From Lama guanicoe (lineage: Eukaryota): DNA of 64,000 nucleotides. The stretch is from the NCBI GenBank assembly GCA_013239625.1, contig MU055609.1, forward strand, positions 12,233,171-12,297,170, read 5' to 3'. The position numbers and the translations under genes are program-made. Positions 38,701 through 54,370 of the stretch are shown one piece after another. Each line of letters opens with the position of its first letter. Positions within the stretch are counted from its first letter, which is position 1. The notes beneath the pieces were generated by a model. The model saw only the letters and a list, made by a program, of their open reading frames with translations. It was not told the DNA's origin and searched no databases.

Positions 38701-41700
38701 TCACCACCCCAGCCCCAGTACTCGTTGGGGAAGCCGTTGATTCTCAGGAACTGGGCTTTACTCAGGCCTGACACGCCTCCAAAGTAGCCAGCGTAGGGCA
38801 GCCTGGGGCACAGAAGTCAGGCGTCAGTGAGGGGCCTGAGGTGAATCCAGGAGGGATGGAGGTCCAGAGACAGGGGGTCCCGCAGCAAGGGAGGCCCTGG
38901 CTCCCAGCCAGGTGGGGTGGAGGCAGTCGGGACGGTGAGGCGGGGAGGCCTGAGTCTAGCCAAGAAGGGAGCCCTCACCGGAAGCCGAACTTGTCCATGG
39001 CAATGGCGAAGTGGCGGGGCTGATCACCACAGCGGTACAGGTTGCGGTCATCCATGGGGACCAGGTCCACGTCACTGAAGATGAAGCAGTCGTAGGTGGC
39101 GTCCTCCTTCAGTGCCTCTAGGAAACCCACATTGAGCAGCTTGGCCCGGTTGAAGGTGTCCTCACCGTGCTGGGGTTGGTGGAGGGGACAGGTCAGCTCT
39201 GAGCCTGAGACTGGCAGGCACCTGCCACTTTACCACTGTCTAGAGCGGTCCCCGGGGCCTAGCACTATCCCATCCACCCCATCATCGCTCCTCCACACTC
39301 TTGGGATCAAGTCCAGCTCCTCATCCTGGACCTGGCCTTCCCCAGCTTTTCATGATTTGGCTCCTGTCTCCTCTCTGGCCACTGCCCTCAGACCCCAAGG
39401 CCCTGCTATACTACATTCCTCTGCAACCCCAGGGCACACCAGACTCTTTCTTGCCTCCAGGCCTTGGTGTCAGCAGTTCCCTCCACCTGGAATGCTCTTT
39501 CTCTGCTTGTCCAACTCATGTCTGGAAAGGCCTCCCTGACCATACCTCCCTACCCCAGTATAATTACTCATTCTCTCCCATGGGCTTCACTTATACCAGG
39601 GTCCATTCAGACTCTTGTAACTTAGAACTCCTGTTTCATTCATTCATTCAAACATGCCCTGAGGCCCTGTCCTTGGTGCCAGGCTTCTTCTTCATGCCAG
39701 TGAGGATCCTAGAGGTGAGCGGCCCTGAGCACCATCCCTAAGTGAGATGAAAAAAGCATGCCCCCAAGTGACCAGCGTCTAAAATCCAGAGACCATGGGG
39801 ACTGAGCCACTAAACCCTGGCCACCTGTCACTCCAGCTCACGTGGATCCACATCCAATCCCCTGGGCAGCCTCTGAGACCAGGACAGGACCGGGCTTCAT
39901 TCGTCTCCCCCAAAAGATGACAAGAAATGGTGATTTTGGAGTCCCCTGGAAATGGGGCTGCGGGGCCAGGTCTCCTTGAGGCTGGCCTCCAGAGCAAGGA
40001 GTTTTCCATGGAAGGAGCTGGCCCCTGAGCCCCCAGCCCCAACCCATGATCTCCAGGCCGGAACCAGAGAGGCTCCTGGTGAGGGGGGGTCTTCAAGTGG
40101 GACCTACTGGAAGGAGAGGAGGAATGGTAGCTCCTGTTCTCCACCAGCCAGCCTGGGCGCGAGGGGGTGCTGCTACCCTGGACCCTGAAGGGCTCAGCTT
40201 CACCTTCTCTCTCTCCTCCTTCCCTTGAACCTTCTCTTTCACCAGCCCTTGGAATAACTGTCCATTCTCCCCAGCTCATCAGCATTCCTTAACCTCCCTC
40301 ACTACCCAGAAACCCTCCCACAGGGCCCATAAACATGCTCAAGTCTCTTCCATCCCAAGAAAACTCTCCCTCTAGCCATGGCCCTACCTTTTGCCTTCCC
40401 TTCTCCGCAGAGGGTTTTTTTTTTTTTAATAGAGTTGTCTCCAATTGGCTACTTCCATTTTGTCAAATCTGATTCCTTCTGCAACCCACTGCAATCTGCT
40501 CCCGCCCCCACCATGCCCCTGAAATGGCTCTTGCTGGGCCCACCTTGTTGCTAAATCCACTGGACGCTTCTGGGTCCACATCCTTCCTTCCTCCCCCGGC
40601 AGTGCTCACGCAGCTGCTACGCTTCCTTCTCAACACTTATTCCTGGGCTTCTGGGACACCATGCTCCCTCAGGTCTCCTTGAACCTTTCTGGCCAACCTT
40701 CGCAGACTCTACGGCAGTCTCTCCCTGCACCGCCCATCCCCACCCCGGTCCCTTGTGCTGGCTTTCTCCTCTCAGTTCCCAGGCCCCCAGGGCAGGTCGG
40801 ACATTGCTGGTTTGGGGACCATCTACATACTCGTGGCTCCCAGATCCTTCTCTCCACCTTAGACCTCACTCTGAGGTTGACTCACTTGTCTGACTGCCTG
40901 CTAAACCTTCCTGTGATACTTCCCATGGGCACTTAAATTCATCACACGGGAAAAAAAATTCAGTCTCACTCTCCCCCAGACCCGGCCTGATCCTGTGTTC
41001 CCATCCCACTCACAGGCACAGCCATCCACACACAGAACAGTCAGGATGGAACCCCGCGAGGTGTCCCACGTCTCTTTCCCTTACTCTCCACTATTTGCAT
41101 AAATCGCTCCCCTTACCCACACGACTACTGCCCAGCTCGTGTTCACCATTTCTTTCCTGAACATCGATCGCAGCCTCTTCCCAACTGGACCCCGTTCCTT
41201 GAGGCTCCCCTTCCATCCCATTCCCCACATGCAATCTGTCTAGTAAGTAAACGTACACATCATTTTCTCCTTAAAACCTTACAATGGTGCCCCATCACTT
41301 TTAGGCTGGAAACACCACTTTCAGGCTAGAATTCAGCTGTTTAAGATGCCTCCTAAGACCTTTCTGGATTTTGCCTCCACCAGCGACTCCAACCTCACCT
41401 CTGCTACCCACCTTACATATTGGACCCCATCCCTCAGCCAACAGTTCCCCAACACATAAGCACAGCTCTCTTGTTGGGCTTGGGGTCTCCAGGCCCCTCT
41501 GCTGGTAACGCTCGCCTCCCCAAGTCACTCCACCGGCTGATGCCTGTTCAACCCTCAAGACCCTTCTCAATCAATACTTCCCCACCCCAGGGCTGGCCCA
41601 GGCCCCTTGGTGGCCCCACAGCCCCCTGCTCCAACGCCAGTCACACATTATCATTCTGGAGTCTCAAGGGATCCAAGTTCAAGTCTGGGAATTCTCTGTG

Positions 41701-42962
41701 GGGAGGAGGGCCTGTCTTAGATCCTTTCCAGGCCCCGGCAGCCAGCCCCAGCCAGGCCCGTGGCAGGGCTCAGAGGCCAAGCTGAACTCCTGGACCTCAG
41801 CTGTGCTCTGCACTTGGCCCTAAGGCAGACTCAATCCCTCTTTCAGGGTCTAACTCTCCCTCTACTCAGGCCCTCAACATCCCATAGCCAGCACACCCAA
41901 AGCCGCCACCACCATGGGGTGGGGCTTACCAAGGGTGGACAATGGCTCCCATCTCTACTGAGGCTACACACACATCTGGCAGTGTGCACACCAACATTCA
42001 CACAGATGTACTTCCCTGAATGCACAAGCAAACCTGCCTCCACACGCCCTGACCAACACGTACCCCCACAATTACATTCACATGTCCACATGAACACAGG
42101 CAGACAAGCGCCCACAAATGCCCCTGACCCCATGGATGCACCAACAGGCATGTGGGCCCTGCACCCACAGGGGCGCACAGGTTCCCTGGTGGCTAGGGGC
42201 CGGCCTGGGGGCCACAGGCAGCACACCTGGTTGATGACGTAGATGCCATAGCGCAGCCGCTGTCGCCTGAGGATGGGGTGCAGGTAGTGGAGCCAGTAGC
42301 GTAGGTGGTGCTCCCGGTGTCGAAAGGGGATGATGACCGCCACGGTCTGGGCAGGTGTGCAGTCGGGCGGTGTGTAGCGGCCACCCAGGAGCACACCAGG
42401 GTTCTCCCTCTGCACCCGCTCCAGTGGCATGGGTGAGGTGAACTCAATCAGCAGTCGGCCCACTACAGGCAGGGATTAGGACTTCATCAGAACCCAGGGA
42501 CGCCAAGCCCTCTCCCTCTGCCTGGGGTGGGCAAGTTAGCCGCTGAAATAGCCCTCTTCCAACACACCTGGACCCTTGGCACTCCCCCACCCTGAGCAAG
42601 ACTCCAGTCCCCCATCCTCTGCCCAACCCTGGAGGTGAGCCCCACCCTGCAGGCTCACCAAGACCAGGTGGCGAGTCAGGACAGGGTGGCAAGACAGGAG
42701 CCGTGGGGCCTGGCCGGGCGCTGGGAGCCTCAGGAAGCCCGGAGCTGGGGACAGTGGTGTTAGGCCGAGAGCAGTTGGTGCTGCTGCTGGCAACTGGGTG
42801 GAGGGCACGGGTGGGGCCGCGCACACTGAAGCGGCTGAAGAAGGCCAAGTGCTGGGCGTAGACGTCAAAGTAGAGGATGACGGCCACAAGGAAGTGCAGC
42901 AGGCAGAGAAGGAGCACGGCCTTGCAGACGCGCTCCAGCGTCCCCCCCAGCAGTCTGCTCAT
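35751..42962 (-). CDS. B4GALT2: Beta-1,4-galactosyltransferase 2 (multi-exon)
   Basis: Exons 42962-42659, 42462-42227, 39169-38979, 38802-38680, 38564-38460, 35901-35751. Type II TM N-terminus MSRLLGGTLERVCKAVLLLCLLHFLVAVILYF; GT7 motifs FNRAKLLNVG, SDVD (DxD), WGWGGEDDD; ends ...RPPSWPPRG*. Confidence 0.98.
36240..36920 (-). mobile_element. L2 fragment (antisense on +)
   Basis: Purine-rich L2-like sequence: gcctactctaagcaccagggacacagccatgaacagg...gaagagcattccaggcagaggtaacag. Boundaries approximate. Confidence 0.65.
40230..41600 (+). mobile_element. L2 fragment
   Basis: Typical L2 interior: aacccactgcaatctg...ttgctaaatccactggacg...ctgggcttctgggacaccatgctccct...cttaaaaccttacaatggtgccccatc. 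Confidence 0.75.
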
Positions 42963-44149
42963 CCCGCAGGCGGCCACCGGCCTGCCCGATGGGCCCGGGC
43001 ATCCGGCCGCCGGCCTGGGCAGGGGTAGGAGAGAAACAGACCCAGCAGGTCAGGACTGGAGGAGGCAAGGCCACCCACCCACCTCTTGCCCACTGTTCAT
43101 ACTCTCAGACCCACATCCTCATGCTTTGACACTCATAGACTTACAGCAAACAGACACATGACACACTCCCTGGCAACTCACTACTCAATCACCTGTATAC
43201 ACCTGAGCACTAACCCACACATGCCTACCTTCCTTGTCCTCACTGACACACACACACAAGTACAGCCTCGTGCACCCTCACACTCAGGTATATGTCCTCA
43301 CAGCACAACTTCACACATGCCCCCGTGGATGCCCAGGAACATGGACATGTGACCTCTGATCACACTGGTTCATACATGAACACGGAAACACATTTACCTA
43401 CAGACCCACAAGTGTTCTCTGTGCCCCAGAGAACAAACATCCCATAGGCCAGCATCCTCAACCCAGGACTCAAGACCTGGGGAAGGGAGACCATTTACCG
43501 AGTACCTACCATGCAAGAGTGCTTTGTACTCACGGCTTCATTTAGTCCTCCTGAGAACATGGTGGACAGTGGTTTGGTTGGACAGCTCCCAGTGGCAAGC
43601 AGGTCAGGCCATCTGGGACCAGGCTAGGAAGTGGCCCTCAGCATCCAGGCGGCCCAAATTTGAACAAGATGTTTATGGGATCCCTTCCCTCTGGAGCAAG
43701 AGGTCAAAATACAGGGGGGGGGCATGGGACACCCCTTCCCTAAGACCTCAAGGATTGGGATGAACTCCCCGGGGCCTGCCCAGCACCTCTGGTTCTAATT
43801 CCCAGAAAGGGGAACGCTTGGGCCCTGGAGACAGCATGTTAGAAGAGAGTCTTGACTGGGCCCTGGCTCTAGCTGTGGGTCCAACACAGCAGTAACGCTC
43901 CTAGGAGGGTTTCTGGCTTGCTTCAGGGGGCAGGGTGAGTCTCACTCACAGAAACATAATATCACACAACTGCACAGGCACCCTCGGTCCCAGCTACAGT
44001 TGCCTGCACACAGAGAACTACATACAGTCACAGACATGCCCGGGTGACAGTAACAGAAATGCACAGAGTCACGCACGCATAAACAAAGCCACTGCTCCTG
44101 GACTTAACTCAGCCATACATACAGGCCCCTGGGCAGCTCACAACACCCG

Positions 44150-45070
44150 GACCCACGTGCAAACACTCCCACCCCCTCCCTCCGGGGCAGGGGTTCTGGG
44201 TCAGGCTGCCGGCCAGGCTGCAAGGTGCGTTTGGGCGGGGCTGGAAGGCTGAGTGGCCTGAGCACGTGGCACCCCAGGACTAGGAGGCAGCAAAGACCGG
44301 GTGGGTGTGGAGCCTGGGGTAGGGGGGGCGTGGATTGGGGGAGACGATGTGGGGCGGGGGCCCAGGCAAAGGGTAACGTGAGTGGAGCGCCTCCCCACGC
44401 CACGAGGCCGGGGTGAGCGAGGACAATGAGGGAGGCTGGCTGGGGGCGGGCAGAGGAGCCCAGGTGGGGGGAGCCAAGGGCTGGGGGGAGGGTGGGGTGA
44501 CGCCAGGCCGGGGTCTGGCCGCCAGCGCTTCTCACCGGGTCCTGGGCTGGGATCTCTGGGCCGCGCTTCAGGCGCCCCTCGCGGGGCCGGGTCTGGAATC
44601 TCCGGGCCCCGGGCTGGGGGCCGCGCGCGCCCCGCTCTCACCGGGCGCTCGGGGCTCAGCAGGGAGTGCCGCTCCGGCTCGGGCTGGGTTCCGGGCTCCG
44701 TTCCGGGCTCCGTTCCGGGCTCCGGCGGCTGCGGACGGCGCCGTCCCCCATGGCCCGGCCCCGCCGCCTCCCGCCGCCCGGTCAGCGGCCCCCGCGGCCC
44801 CCGGGCCGCCGCCTGCCGCCGCCGCGGGCCATGGAGCCGAGCCGCCCCGGGGGGCAGGGCGGGGCCGGGCGGCCGGGCAGACCCACGGACCCGCGGACCG
44901 ATGGACCACAGCGCCGCCGCCTCCCTCCCGCGCTACGGCTCCTCGGAGGGGCAGGCCCGGCCGGCGCGCCCGCGCGCGCGCCCCCGCGGCCCCCGCCTCT
45001 AGCGCGCCTGCACCCGCAGCGCGCCTCCGACGCCAGGCCCTGCCGGCGTCCAGGCGCCTCGGAGCGAGGG
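44150..45070. promoter_or_regulatory. CpG island / B4GALT2 promoter and non-coding exon 1 (donor after 44642 on the - strand)
   Basis: Extreme GC/CpG content; CCG|GTGAGA donors at 44642/44641 and 44536/44535; acceptor of the first coding exon at 43014. Confidence 0.8.
44689..44724 (+). repeat. Perfect 12-bp tandem repeat (TTCCGGGCTCCG)x3
   Basis: Direct reading of the sequence. Confidence 0.95.
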
Positions 45071-45841
45071 GCGGGAGAAATTGATCAGACTCATCCAAGG
45101 GATTGGATTCGAAGTCCGGACCGGACAGAGTGTGGATGGGTCAAACCCATTACGGAGGAGTGGAGTCTGGTCTGGGTTGGGGCGCGAACTCAGCCAAAAA
45201 GGGGCACTTGGAAGTTAGGTGGACTCGTGCAGGGGCGTCAGGGATTTATCCACTCATCCATGGGAACATGATTAAAGGGGGCTGCTAGTTGGACAAGACC
45301 CTCAAATGCGTGGACTGAAGTGTGTGACAGGGGCTTCTAGGGTAACAGGATCTTGGGTAAGAGGTTGGACAGGAGTGGGAGGAGCCGGACAGGGCCCTGG
45401 AAACAAGGGATCAAATTAGTTACTGACGGGGGATGGTGCTGAGATGCATGGAGGTAAATGAATGCGTTCCAAGCCCCACGGCATAGAGGTGATGGATACC
45501 TGAGGGTAGAGTAGGGTGAGTACTTGCGGCTGATCTGACAAGAGCCCTGAGGGCATGGGACTAGAAGGACACCTCCCTCCCACACAAACACCTGGGTCCA
45601 TATCCCGAATCCCTCCTTCCCTTCAATGAAGATGTTCAGGGCTATAGAGTCCTCAGCCCAGCATTCTTCCCTCCCCACCCAAGAGCCAGCTCTGTCCAGA
45701 GCAGAGACAGTGTGTATGAGTCAGAAAGCTGGCAAGAGGCTGGCATGAGGTTGAGGCTTACAGACCTGTTTACCCTCCCTCTGTGAAAGGAGGTGGTGAA
45801 GGAAGGCATCAGAAGCGGCACTGACCCAGACAAATACCACT

Positions 45842-45847
45842 TTTATT
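45842..45847 (-). terminator. AATAAA poly(A) signal of ATP6V0B
   Basis: TTTATT on +, about 250 nt past the stop codon. Confidence 0.85.
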
Positions 45848-46097
45848 TCACAAACACTGGGAAGATGGTTTACAGGGGTGGTGGGACACAGGTGCAAAGC
45901 TGCACATAGTCATCAGCGGCCCACTCCCACACTGAGGATCCAGCCAGGCAGTGCCTCCAAGTTGACGCAGCGAGGAGTGAGTGTGGGGAGAGCCCTGAAC
46001 ACTAAGCCCCCTGAAAGCCTAAGGGGCACAACTCCAGCTGTCCCGGGAAAACCACAAATAAATAAGAGTGGGGCACGGCCCCACCCACACACATCAT

Positions 46098-49012
<2,915 letters not shown>

Positions 49013-49109
49013 GGCGGCAAAGAGAGCGGGGCTCGGTTGGGGGGTCCGGAACTGAACCGCGTCCCTGCGTCCACCGTCAACCCCGCAGCCTGTTGGACCG
49101 CCCCGCAGC

Positions 49110-49150
49110 GTCACCTGACTCGCCCACGTGACGTACCAGAGCCACGTGAC
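49110..49150. promoter_or_regulatory. Cluster of CLEAR/E-box elements (TFEB/TFE3/USF type) in the ATP6V0B promoter
   Basis: GTCACCTGAC (49110), CCACGTGAC (49124) and CCACGTGAC (49142), about 100-140 nt upstream of the ATG; V-ATPase genes are established CLEAR-network members. Confidence 0.8.
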
Positions 49151-49599
49151 CCCACGCCGGGTCGCCGCAGGTCTGGTACTTGGCGACGCCGGAACTGCTG
49201 GCGCTGAGGATTGCGGTGGTTGTAGTCTCGCGCCCCTAGGGGCTCGGGTACCCTCCTTACGGAGTACCTCGCCCTCTCCCTGGTAGCCCGGCTCGCATCC
49301 CTCCACTCCCGCTCCTTCTCCTCTCTGCCCCGGCCCACCAGCTCTGCTTTCCACCCGAGCTTAGCCTCCAAGCCAGTGCTGATCCCGCGGGCCTCGTCCC
49401 TGGCCGGCCCGCCCAGCTCCGTGAGAGTGTCTGCTCCCTCCCTCCCTCACTGAGCTCTGCTGTTTCCTCTGCCTGAAGCACGCTTCTTTGTGCTCACTAC
49501 AGGGCCTGGCCAACATCTGCTGGTCCTCAGATACCATTCTTCCAGGAAGCCTTCCTTCCGCAACCAGAGGCAGGGCACCTGCTCTGGGCTCCCCAGCCT

Positions 49600-50270
49600 C
49601 CCTGGAGATCTTTATGAAACTTCAGCAAGATGGTGTTACTCTCTTTAAAATGCCTCAGTGGCTCCCATTTCCCACGGAATAAAAGCCATATAGTCCTTAT
49701 AATGGCCTTCTAGGCCTCTACTGATGCTGCTCCCCATGCCTCTTACCTGACCTCACCCCCTAATACTTCCCCACTAACTCCCTCCTCTGGCTGTTCTGGC
49801 CTCCCTGCTATTCCTTGTACATACCAGTCATTATCCCACCGCATTGCACATGCACTTGTTCCTACTGCTTTCCCTATTATTCATGTGGCTCACCTGTAAC
49901 TTCTCTCAGTCTTTGCTTGTCTTCAAAAGGCCTTCCCTTCTGTCAACATGCATAGTCTAATTGTGACATATTTATACTACGGGTGAATGTTCAGCAATAA
50001 AAAGCAATGAACTACTGATAAACATAAAACATGGGGGGGGGGCCTCTCTGACCATCCTGTTTAATATTGCAACCCCCTCTCTCTTACACTCCTTCCTAGC
50101 TTTATATTTCTCCATGGCACTCATCACCATTCAGCATACTAAGTGTTATGATTGTCTAGCTTGTCCCACCAAGAGAATGTAAGCACTGTTACAGGATCCC
50201 TGAGCTCACCGCTGGATTTCCAGTGCTTGGCACACAGTGGGTGCCCAATACATATTTGTAGAATACATGA
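49600..50270 (+). mobile_element. L2 fragment with 3' end; possibly a short L1M-like insert at about 49955-50035
   Basis: aaaatgcctcagtggctcccatttccc...cagtgcttggcacacagtgggtgcccaatacatatttgtagaat; the insert reads cagcaataaaaagcaatgaactactgataaacataaaacatgg. Confidence 0.75.
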
Positions 50271-50840
50271 TTGGTACCCTTGTCCCAGTTATCACGGTTG
50301 AGTTTATAAATTGCCTCCACCAGCAGACTGGGCAATCCTTGAGTGCAGCAACCACATCTCCCTGTTCACTGGCTTCTTCAACACCCCAGACAATGCCAAT
50401 AGGCCAAAATTCTCAGCAAATGCAGGGAATGACGTGAGTAGTTTTCTTCATCCCTCTGAACCTTTAGGGTCCAGCAACTCCATTTTGCTTGAAGCACCCA
50501 CCATGCTAGTTCATGCCTGTGTGTTTAAGCATGGTGTACCCTTTGCCCAAATGTCCTTTTCACTCTATTTCTTCCGATAATTATTTTTTTTCTCAAAGAG
50601 ATCCAGCTTGGGTAACACTCCCTCTGGTAAGTCTCTTCTGGGCTTCAGCTACCCTTGGGGACTTCCCTCCTCACAAATACTGCTTCACTGTGTGGTAATT
50701 GCCTGTTTAACTGCCTTTCTTCTAACTACACTGTGAGGACAGGAATCCAGTCAAATACAATTCAGATCTGGACCCACACGACCTGTGTAAGACCTGCAGC
50801 ATTTGACAAATAAGAAGAAACAAGAAGAAAAATTACCTAG

Positions 50841-50846
50841 TTTATT
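50841..50846 (-). terminator. AATAAA poly(A) signal of DPH2
   Basis: TTTATT on +, followed on the - strand by a U/GU-rich tract. Confidence 0.75.
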
Positions 50847-50904
50847 CAAGTTTCTGTTCCCTGAGAAACAAACTGGAGTCAGGGTAGACCAGTATAGCCT
50901 GACA

Positions 50905-51060
50905 GAAATGTCAGGAAATAGCCTATATCTGTGCTGTCCTCTCATGTGGCTTTCTGAGCACTGAAATTTGACTAGTATAACTGAGAAACTGAGTTTTTAA
51001 TCTTAGTTAATTCAAATTTATATTTGAACAGCCACATGTGGCTACTGTATTGAACAGCAT
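50905..51060. mobile_element. MER3-like hAT-Charlie DNA transposon in the DPH2 3'UTR
   Basis: tatatctgtgctgtcc...catgtggctttctgagcactgaaatttgactagt...actgagaaactga...agccacatgtggctactgtattgaacagc matches the recalled MER3 consensus. Confidence 0.8.
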
Positions 51061-51631
51061 AGGTATAGACTAGTGGTTCTCAANNNNNNNNNNNNNNNNN
51101 NNNNNNNNNNNNNNNNNNNNNNNNNNNNNNNNNNNNNNNNNNNNNNNNNNNNNNNNNNNNNNNNNNNNNNNNNNNNNNNNNNNNNNNNNNNNNNNNNNNN
51201 NNNNNNNNNNNNNNNNNNNNNNNNNNNNNNNNNNNNNNNNNNNNNNNNNNNNNNNNNNNNNNNNNNNNNNNNNNNNNNNNCTAGACCATCTAGCACCTGC
51301 CTTTGACTGCACAGCAGGAACTGGGACTGGCCAGAGGTCCTGGACTGCTCCCAGGAGGATAGTTGGCCCAGAAGGCTTCAGGGAAGACCCAAAGCCATTT
51401 CCCCCCATCAGTCAAACAACAGGCATTTAGTAAGCCAATATCTGCCAAGCTGTGTACCTGTGCCAGTGCCACAAAAGGATAGGATAGAGTTGGATCCTAT
51501 CCTAAGTGAGGGGCTGCCTCAGTGAGAGTCTCCTTCAAGGATCGTGGCAGAGGGGTGAGGTTGATGCAGGGAGCACTAAAGGTTTTAGCAGTGATTCTTA
51601 AGTCCACCTGTGACTCTGGTCCCACATGGTA

Positions 51632-53903
51632 TCAGCTGCTTCCCTCATCCTCGTAGGCGATGGCAATTCCTCGTCTTCCACTCACAGCTCCTGTCACTGG
51701 CGTCTGACCCAAGCGGGGCTGTAGTCCCTGCCAGCTCCGAGAACTAAGAAACGAGGCTGCAGAGGTAGGGGGCTAAGGCTGAGTGCGCTGAATCTGGGGG
51801 AAGAGTTCAGAGGGGAGTGGGGATTTGCCACACTCACCTGCAGGGCTGCTCTCAGCCAGCTCCAGTTGGGGCCGCAGCGTTAGGGCTGAGCATCCAGGAT
51901 CACTCGATGGCTTCCAGGCAGGTGGGGGTCGTAGGTCCCCAGTAATGAGTGACACATCTGGGGTGTCCCACAGCTCTGAGTCAGGTGGAGGGAGGGGCAC
52001 ATGGAAGGGAGAGCCTGGAAGGGAAGGTGGAAGAGGATCCATACTGGCCCCCTGACTCCATGCCCCAAGTGTTTTTAGCTTAAGCAGTGCCCCCACCACT
52101 CACCAGGTAATAAGTCTGCATAATGTGTGAGGTGGGGAGCCAGGCCTGGAGGTGGCCAGGCAGGGTTGCAGGCAGCCTCCAGCTCACACGGTGTCAATAC
52201 AGGCCGGAAGAAGCTGCCAGAAGGCTGGGGGGCTAGGGCACCCAGAGGACAGGCCAACAGCACAAAGACATCCACCTCAGGGAAGTTGGCAAGCTTGGCA
52301 GGCGTGGGTCGTCCCAGGGCCAAAACATAGCTACGCTTGCCAGCAGCCTGCGTCAGGTTCCGCAAGTGTGCCAGTGCCTCACGGTGTTGGGCCACACCCA
52401 GTGTGCCCGCCAGCAGCCCCACCACACGGGCATCTCTAGCCCTCTCTACCAGATAGTGTCTACGTGCTCTGAGCCGCCCAGCCCGAGCACCTTCATCCCG
52501 AGTCTGCCCTGTTTCTGGGCAGCAGGAGAAGAAAGACTGCCCTGGTGCCCAGCCCAAGAGCAGCCGGCTCAGGTCTGGGTCATGGTCAGGGTCTGAAATG
52601 GACTCAGAGCCCCCAACATAGAAGGCACCATACTCTTCCAGACACCTCCCTGGAGCCAGGGGGAAATGGCGCCCAAAACGCTCCAGGAGTTCAGGATCTG
52701 GATTGAGGGAATCCACTGGCAGGGGAAAAGCCGGGCTGGAGACAACCAGATCTGAGTACCGTGGGCGCAGAAGAGTGGCCAAGGCCTCTGGAAGAAGGAA
52801 GTGGTGTCAGGGTTGGGGCCTGGTAAAGCAGGATCCCCCTCATCCCCAGGAGACTGAATGTGACCCAAAAGCAAAGAGTGGGGTCAAGCCCATATTGAGA
52901 GCTCCATGGGACTGTACTGAAATGGGGAAATGAAGGCACAGAGTGGCATGCACAGGCAAAACCCCTCACCCAGGGCATGGGCGCAGGCCGGCTCACTCAG
53001 CAGCACCACAGGAACTGTAGGGTCTGGGTTCTGGGCTTCAAAGGCCTTAGCACAGAGTTCCAAGGCCACAGAACGTTGACCAAGGACGAAGGCCACAGGC
53101 AGAGGGCGGGCAGGAGGGCTTAAGCAGGCAGGGCCAAAATGTACAAGGGCCTGAGCTCCAGCTTGCTCAGTACCCAGTACATCCACACAGCAGCTGCAAA
53201 GGAGATACCATTAGTGAGAGGGGTTCTCATCAGGAAAAGAGTTGCTGTCATCAATGGGACACGTGGTCAATGAAGAAAATGACATTATGAAAAGAAAACG
53301 CTGTCACTGAGAAAAGCTAGTAGCAGGAGAGGAGTCATCATAATGGAGAAATACAGCCATTGGGGCAGACGCTGTCATAGAGGGGAAACACCATGAGCCC
53401 CAGATCACTAAACCTACCCCACCCCCAATCCTTAAACTCAAGTTCACACCTGCCATAAGCCGTGTCCCCCAGAATGAACATCTTCGACCCCGTAGCCCTC
53501 TCCAGTCGTGCAGCCACGGCCCCAGCATCTCCCAACAGCTGGTCAGGGAACTGCAAGGCCACCTTTAAGCATAAAGCATGCAGTCAGATACGGCCTCTCC
53601 TGCACCGAGGGCCTCTTCAAGGAAAACCTGCCGGGACTCCCTACCTAACCCTCAAAGCGCCTTCCAGAGGAACACCTCCCCCAGACCCCATCCTCACAAA
53701 AATACCCCAAGATCCCAATCCTCTGGGCAACCATTCCCTCTGGAACCTGCCCTCACCCTTTGACACCCCAGGTTGCGGACAAATCCAACGACTCGCTCCA
53801 GCTCGTACACTCGGTCCAGGTCATCGAGAGGAGTGAGCAGCCCAGCTGCGCCCGCCTCTCGCTGCAGCGCCGCCTCGGCGGGGCTACTGAACGTAGATTC
53901 CAT
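51632..53903 (-). CDS. DPH2: Diphthamide biosynthesis protein 2 (multi-exon)
   Basis: Exons 53903-53757, 53562-53450, 53193-52970, 52787-52104, 52014-51838, 51756-51632. Motifs [54 protein letters not shown]. Confidence 0.97.
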
Positions 53904-53939
53904 GAGGCCCAGCTTCTGTGGCGGGAAGCAGCGGGGATC

Positions 53940-54370
53940 TCCCTCGGTCAGCTTCAGGCCCCGCGTCCTCAAACGCAGTCCTCAAGGAGTCAGAGTCGCT
54001 TGGTAGGGGCAGGGGGCTGGGGGGTCATTCACTCCGCAGCCCTTGGGCCAGCCCCCAACCCTTTCAAATTCCCGTTTCTCAGCTACGCAGGGGTCTCAAG
54101 GGAGATTACTTCCGGGCGTTTGAGGCGGGGCGGATGGCAATTTTACCAATCTTAAACGGCAGGGCTCCCGCCCTCCAATCCTCGCCAAGCCGCCCACAGA
54201 GAACCAATGGCCTGCCCCAGAGCCCCAAGCCAGCCGGAAGTGCCTCAGAGGAAGGCGCGGAGCCTCATGGGTGTTGTAGTTCTCCTGGCTAGCCTTTCCA
54301 GATTCTGGTCTTCCGATTCAGCTCTCCGGGCCCTCAGAAACACCGACTCCCTGAAAATAACTACCAGTTT
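53940..54370. promoter_or_regulatory. DPH2 CpG-island promoter with ETS, CCAAT, GC-box and ZNF143-like motifs
   Basis: ACTTCCGG at about 54107, GGGGCGG at about 54127, CCAAT at about 54204, CCGGAAGTG at about 54234, TTGTAGTTC at about 54274. Confidence 0.7.

Noticed and set aside
44413-45271. Long Ala/Pro/Gly/Arg ORFs on both strands
   Set aside because: CpG-island compositional artefact over the B4GALT2 promoter.
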